Positions 41,201 through 56,200 of a stretch of 64,000 nt of DNA are shown here, one piece after another. A program made the translations under genes and the position numbers. Source of the DNA: Squalus acanthias (lineage: Eukaryota). The notes below the pieces were generated by a model. That model searched no databases. It was not told the DNA's origin and worked only from the letters and a program-made list of their open reading frames with translations. Position 1 is the stretch's first letter. Each line of letters opens with the position of its first letter. The stretch is from assembly GCA_030390025.1 (NCBI GenBank), contig CM059434.1:45446001-45510000 (forward strand), read 5' to 3'.

Positions 41201-44200
41201 GTCTAGCTTCTTGAGTGTTGTTGCAGCTGCACCCATGCAGGCAAGTGGAGAGTGTTCCATAACGTTCTTGACTTCTGCTTTGTAGGTGGTAGACAGGCTT
41301 TGGGGAGTCAGGAGGTGAGTCACTCTCTGCAGAATACCCAGCCACTGACCTCTCCATAAATTGACTAATATATAGCTGTGACAAATTGGTATATAGTATT
41401 GAAAGAAATGGGCATGATGGTTCGAATGGCTTCCTTCTGTGCTGTATGATTCTATGAAATCCAATAGGAAATTTAAGAGATTGTGAATAACTGAGACCCA
41501 AGCATTGTTCCTTGCGGTACCCCACTAGTTAGAGCCTGCCAACCTGAAAATGACACATTTATTCCTACTCTCTGTTTTCTGTCCATTAACCGATCCTCAA
41601 TTCATGCTGATATATTACCCCCAATCCCATGAGCACTAATTTAGTTTAATAACCTCTTGTGTGGCACCTTATGGAATGCCTTCTGAAAATCCAAATACAC
41701 CACATCCACTGGTTTCCCCTTATCTATTCTGCTAGTTACAACCTCAAAAAATTCTAACAGATTCGTCAAACATGATTTTCCTTTCATAAATCCTTGTTGA
41801 CTCTGCACAATCCTATTATTATTTACTAAGTGCCCTGTTACCACGTCGTTAATAATAGATTCTAGCATTTTCCCTTCTACTGATGTCGGGCTAACTGGTC
41901 TGTAGTTCTCCATTTTCTCTCTGCCTCTCTTCTTAAATAGTGGGGTTATATTTGCTACCTTCCAATCCGCGGGAACTGTTCTCGAATCAGTGGAATTTTG
42001 GGAAATGACAACCATCATCACTATCTCTATAGCCACCTCTTTCAAAACCCTAAGATGTAGGCCATCACGTCCAGGGGATTTAACGGCTTTCAGTCCCATT
42101 AATTTCCCCAGTACTATCTTTTTACTAATACTAATTTCTTTCAGTTCCTCATTCTCGCTAGACCCTTGGTTCTCCACTATTTCTGGGAGTTTTTTTGCGT
42201 CTTCTTCCGTGAAGACAGGCACAAAGTATTTGTTTAATTTCTCTGCCCTTATTCTCCATTATAATTTCTTCTGTCTCAACTGTAAGGGACCCACATTTAC
42301 TTTAGCTAATCTTTTCCTTTTTACATACCTATAGAAGCTTTTACAGTCTGTTTTTATGTCTCTCGCTAGTTTACTCTCATATTCTATTTTCCCTTTCTTT
42401 ATCGATTTCTTGGTTCTCCTTTGCTGAATGCTAAAATCCTCCCAATCCTCAGGCTTACTGCTCCTTTTCGCAACATTATAAGCCTCTTCCTTTGATCTAA
42501 TACTATCTTTAACTTCTCTTGTTAGCCATAGTTGGACCACTTTTCCTGTGCCTTAAACAAATGTATATTGGTTGTAAATTATGTATTAATTCTTTAAATG
42601 CGAGCCATTGCTTGTCTACTGTCATACCTTTTAATGTAGTTCCCCAATCTACCTTAGCCAACTTGCCCCTCATACCTTCATAGTTTGCTTTGTTTAGATT
42701 TAAGACCCTAGTTTCGGATTTAACTAAATCACTTTCAAACTTAATATAGAATTCTATCATATTATGGTCATTCTTCCCTAAGGGCCCCTTTACTACAAGG
42801 TTATTAATTAATACGATAGCAAAATACTGCAGATGCTGGAAATCCGAAATAACAACAGAAAACGCTGGAAAAACTCAGCAGGCCAGGCAGCATCCGTGGA
42901 GAGAGAAAGAGAGTTGACGTTTCAGGTCGATGACCTTATTAACCCTTTCTCATTGCACAATGTTTAAAATAGCCTGTTCCCTAGTTGGTTCCTCAACATA
43001 CTGATCTAGAAAACTATCTTGTATACATTCTATGAATTCATCCTCCACACTATTACTGCAAATTTTGTTTGCCCAGTCTATATGTAGATTAACGTCCCCC
43101 ATGATTACTGTATTACCCTTGTTACATGTGCCTCTAATTTCCTGATTTATACTCTGCCCTACATTACAACTATTGTTTGGGGGCCTATAAACAATTCCCA
43201 CCAATTTTTTCTGCCCCTTGCTGTTTCTTAGCTCCACCCAAACTGATTCTACTTCTTGATGTTTGGAGCTAAGATCCTTTCTCTCTACTGTCTTTATTCC
43301 ATCCTTTATTATCAGGGCTACCCCATCTCCTTTTCCATTTTGCCTATCTCTTCTAAAAGTTAAGTATCCTGCAATATTTAGTTCCCAACCTTGGTCACTT
43401 TGCAACCACGGGGGGCGATTTTGTGAATGGGGGCGCGTTGGATGCGGGACTGCTGCTTTTCAGTCGATGTCCCACCTCCATCGATTTGTGGCCAACCTAC
43501 GCTATTTTTCCTTGATTGACCTTCTTAAACCCACCCAGTGCGCTTAGCAGGCCAATCAAGGGAAAGCCGGTTGCAGAGCACGTCAATGTATGACGTTTCA
43601 TCTGTCAAAAATTTTTGACAGATGAATTGTCATCGTTTGACAGCTCTGTGAAACTGTCAAACAGTGACATTCTCTGCAGTTTGATGAGGTCTTGCATACA
43701 AGACCTCATCAACCTTCTTTCTTTTACAGAAATTAGATAGTTGTTGCATCAGAGAATGCAACGGCCATCTCTCATCCGCAACACGGAGGTCCGAGAGTCT
43801 CCGCATACAAACCGACTGAAGCCTGCAGGAAGAAACAAAGGTAAGTACACTTTTAAAAACACTTTGCACTTACCTCAGATAGTCACCTCTACACTCTTGC
43901 AGCCATCACTTACCTTCACACCACACTTTTGCACCCCTCCCAACCCCCGCAGACCCAGTACTCGCCTCACTGAGCTGGCGGGTTTTGGAGCCTTCGGGAA
44001 GCCCGCGCTTGTGAGGGCAAAAAGGGGATAATCCTATTTTCTGCCTGTTAACTACCCCATTCCAACAGAATAGCTCCCTCTTTCCCCAGTACTGGTGCCA
44101 GTGCCCCGTGAAGCAAAACCCTTGTCTCCCACACCACTCTTTGAGCCTCACATTTAAACCTCTAATCTGTTTGTCCCTATGCCAATTGGCCCGTGGCTCA

Positions 44201-47200
44201 GGTAACAATCCTGAGATTATTACCTTTGAGCGTCTGCTTTTTAATTTGGATCCTAGCTCCTCAAACTCTCTCAGCAGAACCTCATCTCTAGTTCTACCTA
44301 TGTCGTTGGTTCCTACATGGACAACGACAACTGGATCCTCCCCTTCCCACTCCAAGTTCTTCTCCAGCCCTGAGGGGATGTATTTAACCCTGGCACCGGG
44401 CAGACAACACAACCTTCGGAACTTCCAGACGCAGCTGTAGGGAACAGTATCTATCCCTCTGACTATACTGTCCCCTACCACAACTACGTTCCCTTTCACT
44501 CCCCCCACTTGAATGGCCTCCTGCGCCATGGTACCATGGTCAGCTTGCTCATCCATCCTGCAGGCTTTTCCCTCATCCACACAGGCAGCAAGAGCCTCAT
44601 ACCTGTTGGATAAGGGCAAATGGTGAGGCTCCTCCAGCACTTCACCTGGGGTCCCCTTACCTGCCTGAGTTGTAGTCATACCCTCCTGTCCCTGACCACT
44701 AACCAGCCCTGTACCACTACTTAACCTAAGGGGTGTGACTGCCTCCTGGATCAAAGTGTTCAGGCAACTCTCCCCATCCCTGATGCCCCGCAATGTCTGC
44801 ACCTCAGACTCCAGCTCAACAACTCTGAGCTGAAGTTCCTCAAGATGCAGGCACTTACTGTGGTTGTCTGGGATCACAATGCTCTCCACAAACTCCCACA
44901 TGCTGCAGTTGCGGCACACCACCTGCACTGCCATCCCTATATGACCTTGTTCTATTTAATTAAATTAAATTAAATTTGTATTTAAGTAACTTAGTTGACA
45001 GTTTAGTTTCTTGACTACTTAATTGATCTAGATTAAGTTATGGGCAATGAAATTCAATATCTACCTGTAACACAAAGCACTACAAGTAGTGTAGGCAAAA
45101 AGCAGCAACTCCTTCCCCCTCTTCTCCGAATTCCCACTCTTTCCAAATTCCCAAATAAAACACTCTGTTTACGTGCACTCCGTTTACTCCGTGCATCTGG
45201 GATGGAATGGAATCACCCTTATGCATTCTCTTAGTGACTGTCTTTGCCTATGCTACTGATGTCATGCAGTGCTACCCCAGTGGCTGCAGCATGGCTCATG
45301 GAAAACTGCTGACTTTCAGTTGGGGACACTGCAAATGGTGTTGCTAGTTGACCATGAGGAGCTGGTGGCTGGGAGTGTCAAATCAATCATCTTCTTCTTC
45401 ATCTTCTTCACTCTCCTCTCCCTCTTCTTGGTCAACCACTGGCTGGGCAGGCTGCAATTCTTGGGTGTGCGAAATGAGGAAGGCACAAGGGTGGAGTTGT
45501 GGTGAGGGGAGGGTGGGAAAGCAAGAGGTGCATGGCAGAAGGAGGATAATGTATGAGGAAAGCAGCATCTTGTATCCTTTCAGCCCCGCAGCTGGCCAAA
45601 GGGCTCAGCCATGCTCCTGCTAATAATGGCCTGCACCATCTCCTCCAAGGGGGTGAGGTGAGGCTAGGAATGGGAGATGTGCCTCGTGATTGGTACAGAT
45701 TGTTGGTAGGTGGATGATTGGAGGGGGAGTTGTGCATTGAGCAGTGGGTGAGGCTAGTGATGCAGTTAGTAGGAGATGACTATTGAAGTTGCATTCACTG
45801 ATCTTGACCAGTGGTCTGAGGTCATGAAGCTTTTTTGGACACTGGCGCCAGTTGCTGTGGGCGACACAGCTAGCAGTGACGGCTCGGTGATTTGGTCCCA
45901 CATCGTTCTTTCTAGCGGGCCTCCTGGACCCTATGGGTAGAGTACCTCTCTTGCAGTGCTGACCCCCTGTACAAAGCTGGAGTTTTATGCATGCTGAGCC
46001 ATTTGTGTTTGTGCTGAATACCCGCCGCTAGGTGTCGGGTCCATGTGCAAATCGGGGACCCGACACTTGGGAAAATTGTTTGGACGTGGGTTGATGGCGG
46101 GATCAGAACCCGCCGTCAATCAAAACGATTTTAACTCTTGACCCACCTCCAAACCCACCCTCTCAGTGCCAATAAAATTGCGGCCAGCATCCTGCAGATT
46201 ACAGCAGGTAATTTCTGCATTTTGAGAACCACACAAAAACCTGCACACATGTTGGTGAAAACCTTCCACTGACAATCATGGCACCAAAATAAGATAGCTT
46301 GAAATCTTATTTCCCTTCAGTATAATAGTGAAATTTGACAAGTCTTGCTCAGTCCTGATGTGTGGATCCACAGCCATGATGAAATGCCCAGAAGTGATTT
46401 AGTATTTTCTATCAGCACCGTAGGAATTACTGAACTGAAAGCTCTTTTTCAGCTTTACATTAGTACACTGCGGGATACTGTGCAGGGACTCAAATATGTT
46501 CTCTACAGCAGGTGTAGTAGTTATTACTGGTCTCACTGGTAGTTTAAGAAAGTGAAGACTACATGTAGGATTTAACAATTACCAAAACACAAGAGTGGAG
46601 ATGGACGATATTAATTCCTACATTTAGTCCTTGGCCTCTCCTACTGCTGTTCTGTAGATTTGTGTTGTTTGTATTTTCCATTTTGTCCTGCTGTCTTTTA
46701 ATTGACCCATGATAACCACATATATTATCAAAGGCATGCTTAGCAACCAGTAAGATGCCAGAATCATAAGAAAGAGAGGAGCCAATGAAACCCTGAATCC
46801 TGGTGTCACCACTAAAACCTCGCCCAATCCGGGAGCCACAGAGAGACACCCATGAGCAGGAAATCTGCTTGCCTGTGCACATGTATGTATTAACTATGTA
46901 GGAGTCATGACTGAATCTGCTGTGGATTTGGCATAGCATCCATCCTGGGTTGAGGTTTCAATACAATCACAATGGGGATAATTTTAACCTAAAAAAACAG
47001 GTGGGTTTGGAGTGTGGGGGAAGTTAAATTGTTAAAAGTCTGAATCCTGACCTGAACCCGCCTCCAACCCGCTCACTTCCGATTTTAACGGAGGCGGGAT
47101 GTGGACGGGCAGCCAACCCGCTGCCAGGAGGCGGGACGTCAATTTAAATATTACAGTGAGGCTGGCAGCCTCTTCTTTCAACTACATTTTGTTTTTAACT

Positions 47201-50200
47201 GCAGCTGGATGGGTTTTACACACTTCATCAAACCTGGCAGTTACAGCAAGGCGGGGTCTTTACACTTACCTCCTGGATCCAGGAGCCCTACCTAATCCAG
47301 CCCCCGCGATTGGAGACCCCCTCATGAGGCCTCCGATCGCCTTCCTCCCCCCACTAATCAGCCTGAGGCCATCCCCGATCTTCCTCCCCTCCCGCATCCC
47401 CCCCGCCACTCCTCCCCGCCCCTCCTACCCGCGCCCCACCACCTCCGGTCCCTCAATGGCCGCAATCTTCTTCCATCCCCCACACGATCCCTCCCACCCT
47501 CCTCTGTGCGGCCTAGTGCCGCAGGCCTACCCGCCCGCAGCCAGCCAGCCTCTCCATCTGGCTGGCTGCAGGTGGTAAACAGAGGCCTCAGATGCAAATC
47601 AGGCCCTGCCGTTAAAGTTGGCAAGGCCTGAGGGAAACCCGTTCTCCCGGGTTTCCTGCCCGCAACAGAGTCCCCCCATCCCCAACTTGCCTTCCCCAGG
47701 AAAATCCAGCCCAATGTTTCACCAAGTGTTTGCAGGTCAGACTTCGTGAAATTGGGGCATCTTCTCTGCCTTTGTGCCAATCCCCGGTTCCTTGCTTGTC
47801 GGTCTGTGGCAGCTGTTCCTGAATGTGGTAGACATTCCTGAAAAGTGCCGCAAAATATCCATGAGACTTGCAGTCAAGCTAATGATTACTTAAGTGATTG
47901 AGTGAAAAACGTTTTCTTACTTTCCTTCTGCTCCCCAGCCGACAGTTTTTTTTTCTCAACTGTGGATAAAATATTGATTTCTTAACAAGAAACCATAATT
48001 CTTGCTATTATGTGTGTATTGATTTTTTTCTCTGACAATCATTTTGACTAACACTGACTGCCCACATTATGGTAAATATTGCTGCAGCCCTATTAACCCT
48101 TTCATCACAAATCTCTATTCCGGTTTGAAGAGACTACCCTAATTGTCATCCCCTAACTTTTCTGTTTCTGCTGCTATCATTGTTGCTTTAAAGCATAACA
48201 CGTTGTTTTCAGGTGATATTCTGCAAATTTAGTACAAATAAAACAGATTAAACATAACTGAAAAGTTGGAAACTAATTATTAATAATGGTTGTGACCGTT
48301 TCCACTTGAATGTTCACAATAACCAGACGTTTGGTCCTGCTTCATTACACTTGAGCAGTGAAAGAGTTGAGACAATTGTTTCATTGAAGTGGTATCAAAA
48401 ATCCCTCATATAAGGAGCTTAAACTGGAATCTAGAATGATGTACTTTTAAAATTGCCACATTCAGGATCCAACTGCTATGGATTCAGGTTAGTTTGCATG
48501 TTGGCTAATATATTTTGACTGCATTGTTGTTTAAGGACAAACAAAACGAAATGAAAATGAGGATGCCATTCGCGAAGCATTTCTTGAGAAGAAGATTCCT
48601 CAATCTGAAAGAGGTAATTCAATAACCAGAATACTTATGTCAACTGCAAGATTTCCATTTTAATCAGTGCACTCCAAACACAATCAATCATATATTATGT
48701 CACAATCGCCATACAGATATGTTCAGAATGAATTTCAATGGGAGAGTGACATTCCAAACATTTCGGCCACGATTTTGCAAATGGATGCGGGTTGGGAGCG
48801 GGTCAGGTGGTTTCCGGCTTCCAGTCCCGCCCCCAACTGCATCTGGCCCACGGGTGTGATTTTACGTTGATTGACTTTGCTAAGCCCGCCTTGCGGGATT
48901 GCTGGCCAATTAAAAGGAAGCCGGTCAGATGACGTAATTTGATGATGCGCAATCTGCCAGTTTTCTTAAAGGGACTACACGCAATTTTTTTTTTACTGCT
49001 GATTTCTCAGTGTTTGACAGCATTGAGGTGCTGCAAACACTGACAATCACTGTACAAAGGTGAGCTCTTGCACCCAGCCTCTCCAATGACTCCCTCCATA
49101 GGCTGGAACAGATGGCAGCTGCAGGTGAGGTGAAGGAAGTGATCTGTCACTGGTGAGAGAGGTTCTCCCAATGAGGTGGCACTGGACATGGATTTCAAAA
49201 CTTGTTACCTGAAGAAATGTGTAAATGCATTAAAAATGAATTTCCCAACATTTTCTTACCTCTGACACTCACCAGTGCACCACTGGATCCTTCACACCAC
49301 TTCTGCAGCTGTCATCAATCCAGAAACATTGCAGCATATTCACAACATGCCACACTTACCTGGCGTGGTGTCCGGATGTCAGGAAACCCGAGGCAGATGC
49401 AGCAAAATTGAAAAAGAGCCTGTTAACTACTATCAAGTACCTGTTAACAGGCGGGTAAGTGGCTTTAATCCTCTTCCCGTCACTAGGTGTCGGGTCCATG
49501 TGCAAATCGGGGACCCGACACTTGGGAAAATTGTTTCGAGGCGGGTTGACGGCGGGATCAGAACCCGCCATCAATCAAAACGATTTTAACCCTTGACCCA
49601 CCTCCAAACCCACCCTCTCAGTGCCGATAAAATCACGGCCAGCATCCTGCAGATTACAGCAGGTAATTTCTGCATTTTGAGAACCACACAAAAACCTGCA
49701 CACATGTTGGTGAAAACCTTCCGCTGACAATCATGGCACCAAAATAAGATAGCTTGAAATCTTATTTCCCTTCAGTATAATACTGAAATTTGACAAGTCT
49801 TGCTCAGTCCTGATGTGTGGATCCACAGCCATGATGAAATGCCCAGAAGTGATTTAGTATTTTCTATCAGCACCGTAGGAATTACTAAACTAAGCTCTTT
49901 TTCAGCTTTACATTAGTACGCTGCGGGATACTGTGCAGGGACTCAAATATGTTCACTACAGCAGGTGTAGTAGTTATTACTGGTCTCACTGGTAGTTTAA
50001 GAAAGTGAAGACTACATGTAGGATTTAACAATTACCAAAACAGAAGAGTGGAGATGGTCGATATTAATTCCTACATTTAGTCCTTGGCCTCTCCTACTGC
50101 TGTTCTGTAGATTTGTGTTGTTTGTATTTTCCATTTTGTCCTGCTGCCTTTTAATTGACCCATGATAACCACAGTGACATGGTTAGCAACCAGTAAGATG

Positions 50201-53200
50201 CCAGAACCATAAGAAAGAAAGGTGCCAATGAAACTCTAAATCTTGGAGTCACCGCAAAACCCAGGAGTCAGACAAACACCCATGAGCAATGTCACAGGAT
50301 ATCTGCTTGTGTGTGTACACGTATGTATTAACTAAGTATGAATCATGAATGAATCTGCTGTGGATTCAGCATCGCATTCATCCCTGGATGGCAGTTTCAA
50401 TACAATCACAATGTTCCAGTAAGGGCTTGCAAGTCAGTCTTCGTGAAATTGTGGCATCTTCTCTGTGTTTGTCCCATTTCCTGGTCTGTCTGTGGCAGCT
50501 GTTCTTGAATGTGCCAGACATTCTTGAAAAATGCCACAAAGCATCCATGAGATATGCAGTCAAGTTAGCTGTCAGTTAAGCGAGTATGGAAAATACTTTT
50601 CCTTACTTACCTGCTGCTCCCCAGCCTGTTGATATTCTCAACCGATTTATTAACAAGGAGTCACAATTCATGATATTATGTGTGGAATGATTTTTCTCCC
50701 TGACAATCATTTTGACTAACATTGAATGGCTCATTATGGTAAATATTGTTGCAGCGCTATTAACCCTTTCATCACAAATCTCTATTGTGGTTTGAAGAGA
50801 CTACCCTAATTGATAACTCCTAATTGTTTCTGCTGCTATCATTGTTGCTTTAAAGAATAACACGTTGTATTCAGGTGGCATTCTGCAAATTTAGTACAAA
50901 TAAAACAGCATAAACATAACTGAAAAGTTGGAAATTAATTATTAATAATGGTTATGAGAGTTTTCACTTGAATGTTGAACGTTTGGTTCTGCTTCATTAC
51001 ACTTGGGCAGTGAAAGAGTTGAGATAATTATTACTTTGAAGTGGTGTCAAAAATCCCGACTACAAGGAGCTTAAATGGAAATCTAGAATGACATCCTTTT
51101 AAAATTGTCACATTCAGTATCCAACTGCTATGGATTCAGGTCAGTTTTTGCCTGCTGATATATTTTGACTGCCTTATTGTTTCAGGACAAACAAAACCAA
51201 AGGAAAGTGAAGATGATAGTAACAAAGCACTTCTTGAGAAGAAGTATCCTCAGTCTGAAAGAGGTAAATGCCTATGCCAAGTACATAATTTCCATTCTTA
51301 TCAATGCACTCTGAACACACTCAGTCATATATTCTGTAACAATGATAATTTCAGAATTAATTTCAATAGGAGAGGGACATTGCAAAATTTTAATTATCCA
51401 GATTCAAAAGGTTTCAAAAGTTGGTTCAGTCTCACAGAATTGATTCCAAGGCAGTGAAATGCAGATGTAATGGAGACCATTATAGAGTTATGCACAGCAA
51501 GGTCCCACAAACAGCAAATAAAAAGAATGCTAGTTTATTCTGTTTTTTTGATGGCATTGATTGAGGCAGAAACATTGTTCATAATAACCAAAGAGCACCC
51601 TATTCTTCTTGGAACATCCGCCTGAGCAGACAGATGGGTCCTTAGTTTAATGCAACATTTTAAAAATGGCACCTTCAACTATGCAGTACTCCCTCATTAT
51701 AGCACTGAAGTGTCACCTGGATTATGTGTTCAAGTCCGATGGTGGAGCTTGAATTCACAACCTTATGACTCAAAAACAAGAGTGCTACCAACTTAGCCAA
51801 CTGGATAACTGAAGGTCATGTAGGAGGGTCTCTGACAGGTTCTAGCTAAATACTCACAATGGTGAATGCACTCCATTCGCCATTAAATTATAGGCTGCTG
51901 AGTACTGAATTATCTAAGGTTTTCTGACCATATAACACGAAGAACTGTCTGTACATTCCGATGACCTCAGCTCAGTAACCATTAAAACAGTGAACTCAGG
52001 CCCATTAGTTCAATAAATGTAGCTATTAATTCAGTTCATAATTTGTGTCTGAACAAGAACACATAGGAGATAGTTAGAACATAAAATTTATATTACATTA
52101 ATGCTTTTTGTTTTGTAGTTCCTCCTACAATTAGTGATATTGAGATACCGCATGAAATCAAAGACGGCGAGGAAGCCCAGCTGAGTTGGGAAGTTACTGT
52201 GTTCAGTCCTGCGGTCGTGAATGTTGTTACATCCCTGAAGAGGAAAGGGGAGCAGGAAGCAAAGAAATTATATCACTGGAAACTGACAGCAAAAAAATTG
52301 TTAGGTCTATCCAGTCCCCTCACAAATGTACAAGTTTTATGCAAGAAAGACGATTCCTTCAGTGCTGAGGTGCCAGAATTACAACGTACAGCTGAAGGCA
52401 CTTTCAGAATACGCTGCGAAGTTACACTGTGCCCTGATATATCCAAGGATGATGGTGCTGAGTTAATCATTGAAGTTGATCATGACACGCCTGGGGAAGC
52501 TTGGACTAAAAGTGCAGTACTGAACATTACAGCAGGTAATTTCTGCATTTTGTACATCACACATACCCCTGCACAGCTGGAAATCATGGCACCAACTTAA
52601 AGATAGCTTATTTCCATTATTTCCATTCAGTATTATGATGAAATTTAACACATCCGGCATAGATCTGATGTGTGGAACCACAGCCATCATGAGTTGGTCA
52701 GAAGTGATTTGCTGTTTTCTATCAGCACCATAGGAATTACTGAACTAAAACTTCTTTTGCAGCTTTACATCAGTAAACTGTAGAATGCTATTCAGGTGCA
52801 GCAGTTATTACTGGTGTCATTGGTAGTTTAAGAAAGCAAGGATTACATGGAGGATTTAACATTTACGAAAAACACAACAGGGGAGAGATTCTTATCTTAA
52901 AGAATGATGAAACATTTATGATTCAATCTCTCTGACTCCCACTTGGTCACTATGATTCTTGCTCCTCAGTTATTTTCTCTCCTGTTTTCCATATTTCTCT
53001 CCATCATACAACATTCATGTCAGAGGGGAGGGGCAGATTTTCTGTTTTGTCGATCTAAGAAGGCTCCATTTTTCATGGCAACAATCTGGTAACACCAGCA
53101 TTGCTCAAGGAAAAAGCTGTCATAGACACAATGGGTCAAATGGCCTGCTTCTGTTGTTATTTTACATCTATACTTCTGCTTCTCCTGCCGTTTTCATTCT

Positions 53201-56200
53201 TTGATCAAAAGAATACAGTGTTGGTCTGTGACACTGCTACAAGTTTCAGGTCTGCCTTAGATATTCTCTTGGGTACAGTGATGCTGGTCACTCCCATAAG
53301 CAGTCTGAGCGTCTTCTGTTCAGGCCTGTGCCCGTACTGCCCAATATTTAATTATACGACCGCATAACCTGGGTATAACAATAAGGCCCAATTTTTACTT
53401 GAAGTGGATATTGAGTCTTTTCCATATGCCCTCAAGTGCACTTCACCAATCTTTTTGGAGAGGAACTGGAAACATTTGATTGAGATGAGGCCAGATACGA
53501 ATCGATCAACTGCGTTATTTTACAGATAGCAAGCTAGACGTGCAGAGTAACAGATGTAGCCAAATCTCACCTTGATTTAACTAACTACAGAACCTTCTTT
53601 GGGAGCAGAAAAATTAAAAAGAATATACCAAACTATCCCTATTAACAGGCTAGCATCACCCTTTCTGGTTAGCCTTCTGATTCTGATTGGCTCTGGGTTT
53701 GAGGTGAAAACATTTTCCCTCGCTTTCCGTTACTTGGAGATATTGAATTGATGTGGCATGTTGGCAGAGTATCCTATTAGCACCCCATGGCCTATTCTTA
53801 TAGCAACTGCCAGTGCCTAAATTAGACTTTACATTCAAGCAATTTGATGACGTGATCTGACTACTCAAAATTAGTTGTCAAAGGTAGATTTAATGTAGCA
53901 AGAGAGGTCTACTGGCAGTTAATTTTCTCAGAGGACCAGGTCTTCATTATTCTAAGATTCTCCAATGAGGAGGCAATCTGAAAATTAATGACATTTCCCC
54001 TTTGAAGAAGCGACATTTTGTTCAACTGAATACATGTGTTTTCTTTCAATATTGGCCAACAGTATTATCGCTGCTGTTTCTGCTCGTTTACACTATGGGG
54101 TTTACACTATTTACAGTGTTATTTACTTTGCATTAATGTAGAATCAAAGAAAACCTTTACAGGAGAAGAAAGCAATACTGAGGAAACAAAGCAAGCCACC
54201 GATGATAACTGCAGGCAAGGAGACGAGTTGGAGGAAAAAAATAATCGGGAAACTGAAGGTGGAATTAGCAGCAAAGGTATCTGATCTAATGAAAAGAATT
54301 TGTTATTTAATTAACGTGAAAGAGATGCAGGAAAGGAGTACATTAATGCAACTCTACATTGTAGACCTTAAAGGGGAAAAGATGTCGAGGGTAGGTACTT
54401 TTATTTCAAATTACAGTACTCATATTTATGTGGTAAAACAGAAAGGATTTTCATTAAATTATAGGCTGCTGAGTACTGAATTATCTAAGGTTTTCTGACC
54501 ATATAACACTAAGAACTGTCTGTACATTCCGATGACCTCAGCTCAGTAACCATTAAAACAGTGAACTCAGGCCCATTAGTTCAATAAATGTAGCTATTAA
54601 TTCAGTTCATAATTTGTGTCTGAACAAGAACACATAGGAGATAGTTAGAACATAAAATTTATATTACATTAATGCTTTTTGTTTTGTAGTTCCTCCTACA
54701 ATTAGTGATATTAAGATACCGCATGAAATCAAAGACGGCGAGGAAGCCCAGCTGAGTTGGGAAGTTACTGTGTTCAGTCCTGCGGTCGTGAATGTTGTTA
54801 CATCCCTGAAGAGGAAAGGGGAGCAGGAAGCAAAGAAATTATATCACTGGAAACTGCCAGCAGCAAGATTGTCAGGTCTAATGAGAGTATATATTCCCCT
54901 CACAAATGTACCAGTTTTATGCAAGAAAGATGATTCCTTCAGTGCTGAGGTGCCAGAATTACAACGTACAGCTGAAGGGACTTTCAGAATACGCTGCGAA
55001 GTTACACTGTGCCCTGATATATCCAAGGATGATGGTGCTGAGTTAATCATTGAAGTTAATCATGACACGCCTGGGGAAGTTTGGACTCAAAGTGCAGTAC
55101 TGAACATTACAGCAGGTAATTTCTGCATTTTGTACATCACACATACCCCTGTACACACGATGGTGGAAACAACAGCGGGAAATCATGGCACCAACTTAAA
55201 GATAGCATATTTCCATTATTTCCATTCAGTATTATGATGAAATTTAACACATCCGGCATAAATCTGATGTGTGGAACCACAGCCATCATGATTTGGTCAG
55301 AAGTGATTTGCTGTTTTCTATCAGCACCATAGGAATTACTGAACTAAAAGTCATTTTGCAGCTTTACATCAGTAAGCTGTAGGATGCTGTCCAGGTGCAG
55401 CAGTTATTACTGGTGTCATTGGTAGTTTAAGAAATCAAGGATAACATGTAGGATTTAACATTTACGAAAAACACAACAGTGGAGATATTTTTATCTTAAA
55501 GAATGATTAAACATTTATGATTCAATCTCTTTGACCCTCATTTGGTCACGATGATTCTTGCTCCTCAGTTATTTTCTCTCCTGTTTTCCTTATTTCCCTC
55601 CATCATACAATATCCATGTCAGAGGGGAGGGCAGATTTTCTGCTCCTTTGCCTGCTGTAGTGTTGTTTTACTTAGGATTACACGGGATATATGGCACAGA
55701 AACAGGCCATCGACCCAGCCAGTCCATGCTGGTTTTTATGCTCCACTTGAGCCTCCTCCCGTCTTTCCTCATCTAATTCTATCAGCATAACCCTCTATTC
55801 GCTGCTCCCTCCTATGCTTATCTAGCCTTCCCTTAAATGCATCTATACTATTCGCTTCAACCAGTCCCTGTGGTAGCGAGTTCCGCACTCTCACCACTCT
55901 CTGGGTAAAGAAGTTTCTTCTGAAGACCCTATTTGATTTATTGGTGACTATCTTATAATGATGGCCTCTAGTTTTGCTCTTCCCCACAAGTGGAAACATT
56001 CTCTCTGTATCCACTCTATCAAAACCTTTCATAATTTTAATGACCTCTATTAGGTCACCCCTCAGCTTTCTCTTTTCAAGAGAAAAGAGACCCAGCCTGT
56101 CCATCCTTTCCTGATAGGTATAACCTCGCATCCTTGGTATCATCCTTGTAAATCTTTTTTGCACACTCTCCAGTGCCTCTATATTCTTTTGATAATATGG

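Larger units (their letters stand above)
40624..46021 (+). repeat. Segmental duplicate of 26731-32314 (TM 3' part + TE-rich intron)
   Basis: Near-identical sequence and paired ORFs (e.g. 27747-28328 vs 41641-42222); reciprocal internal deletions. Confidence 0.95.

Noticed and set aside
52959-53367. Duplicated hydrophobic ORFs (also 56517-56783) as TM exons
   Set aside because: No convincing splice sites; similarity explained by intron co-duplication
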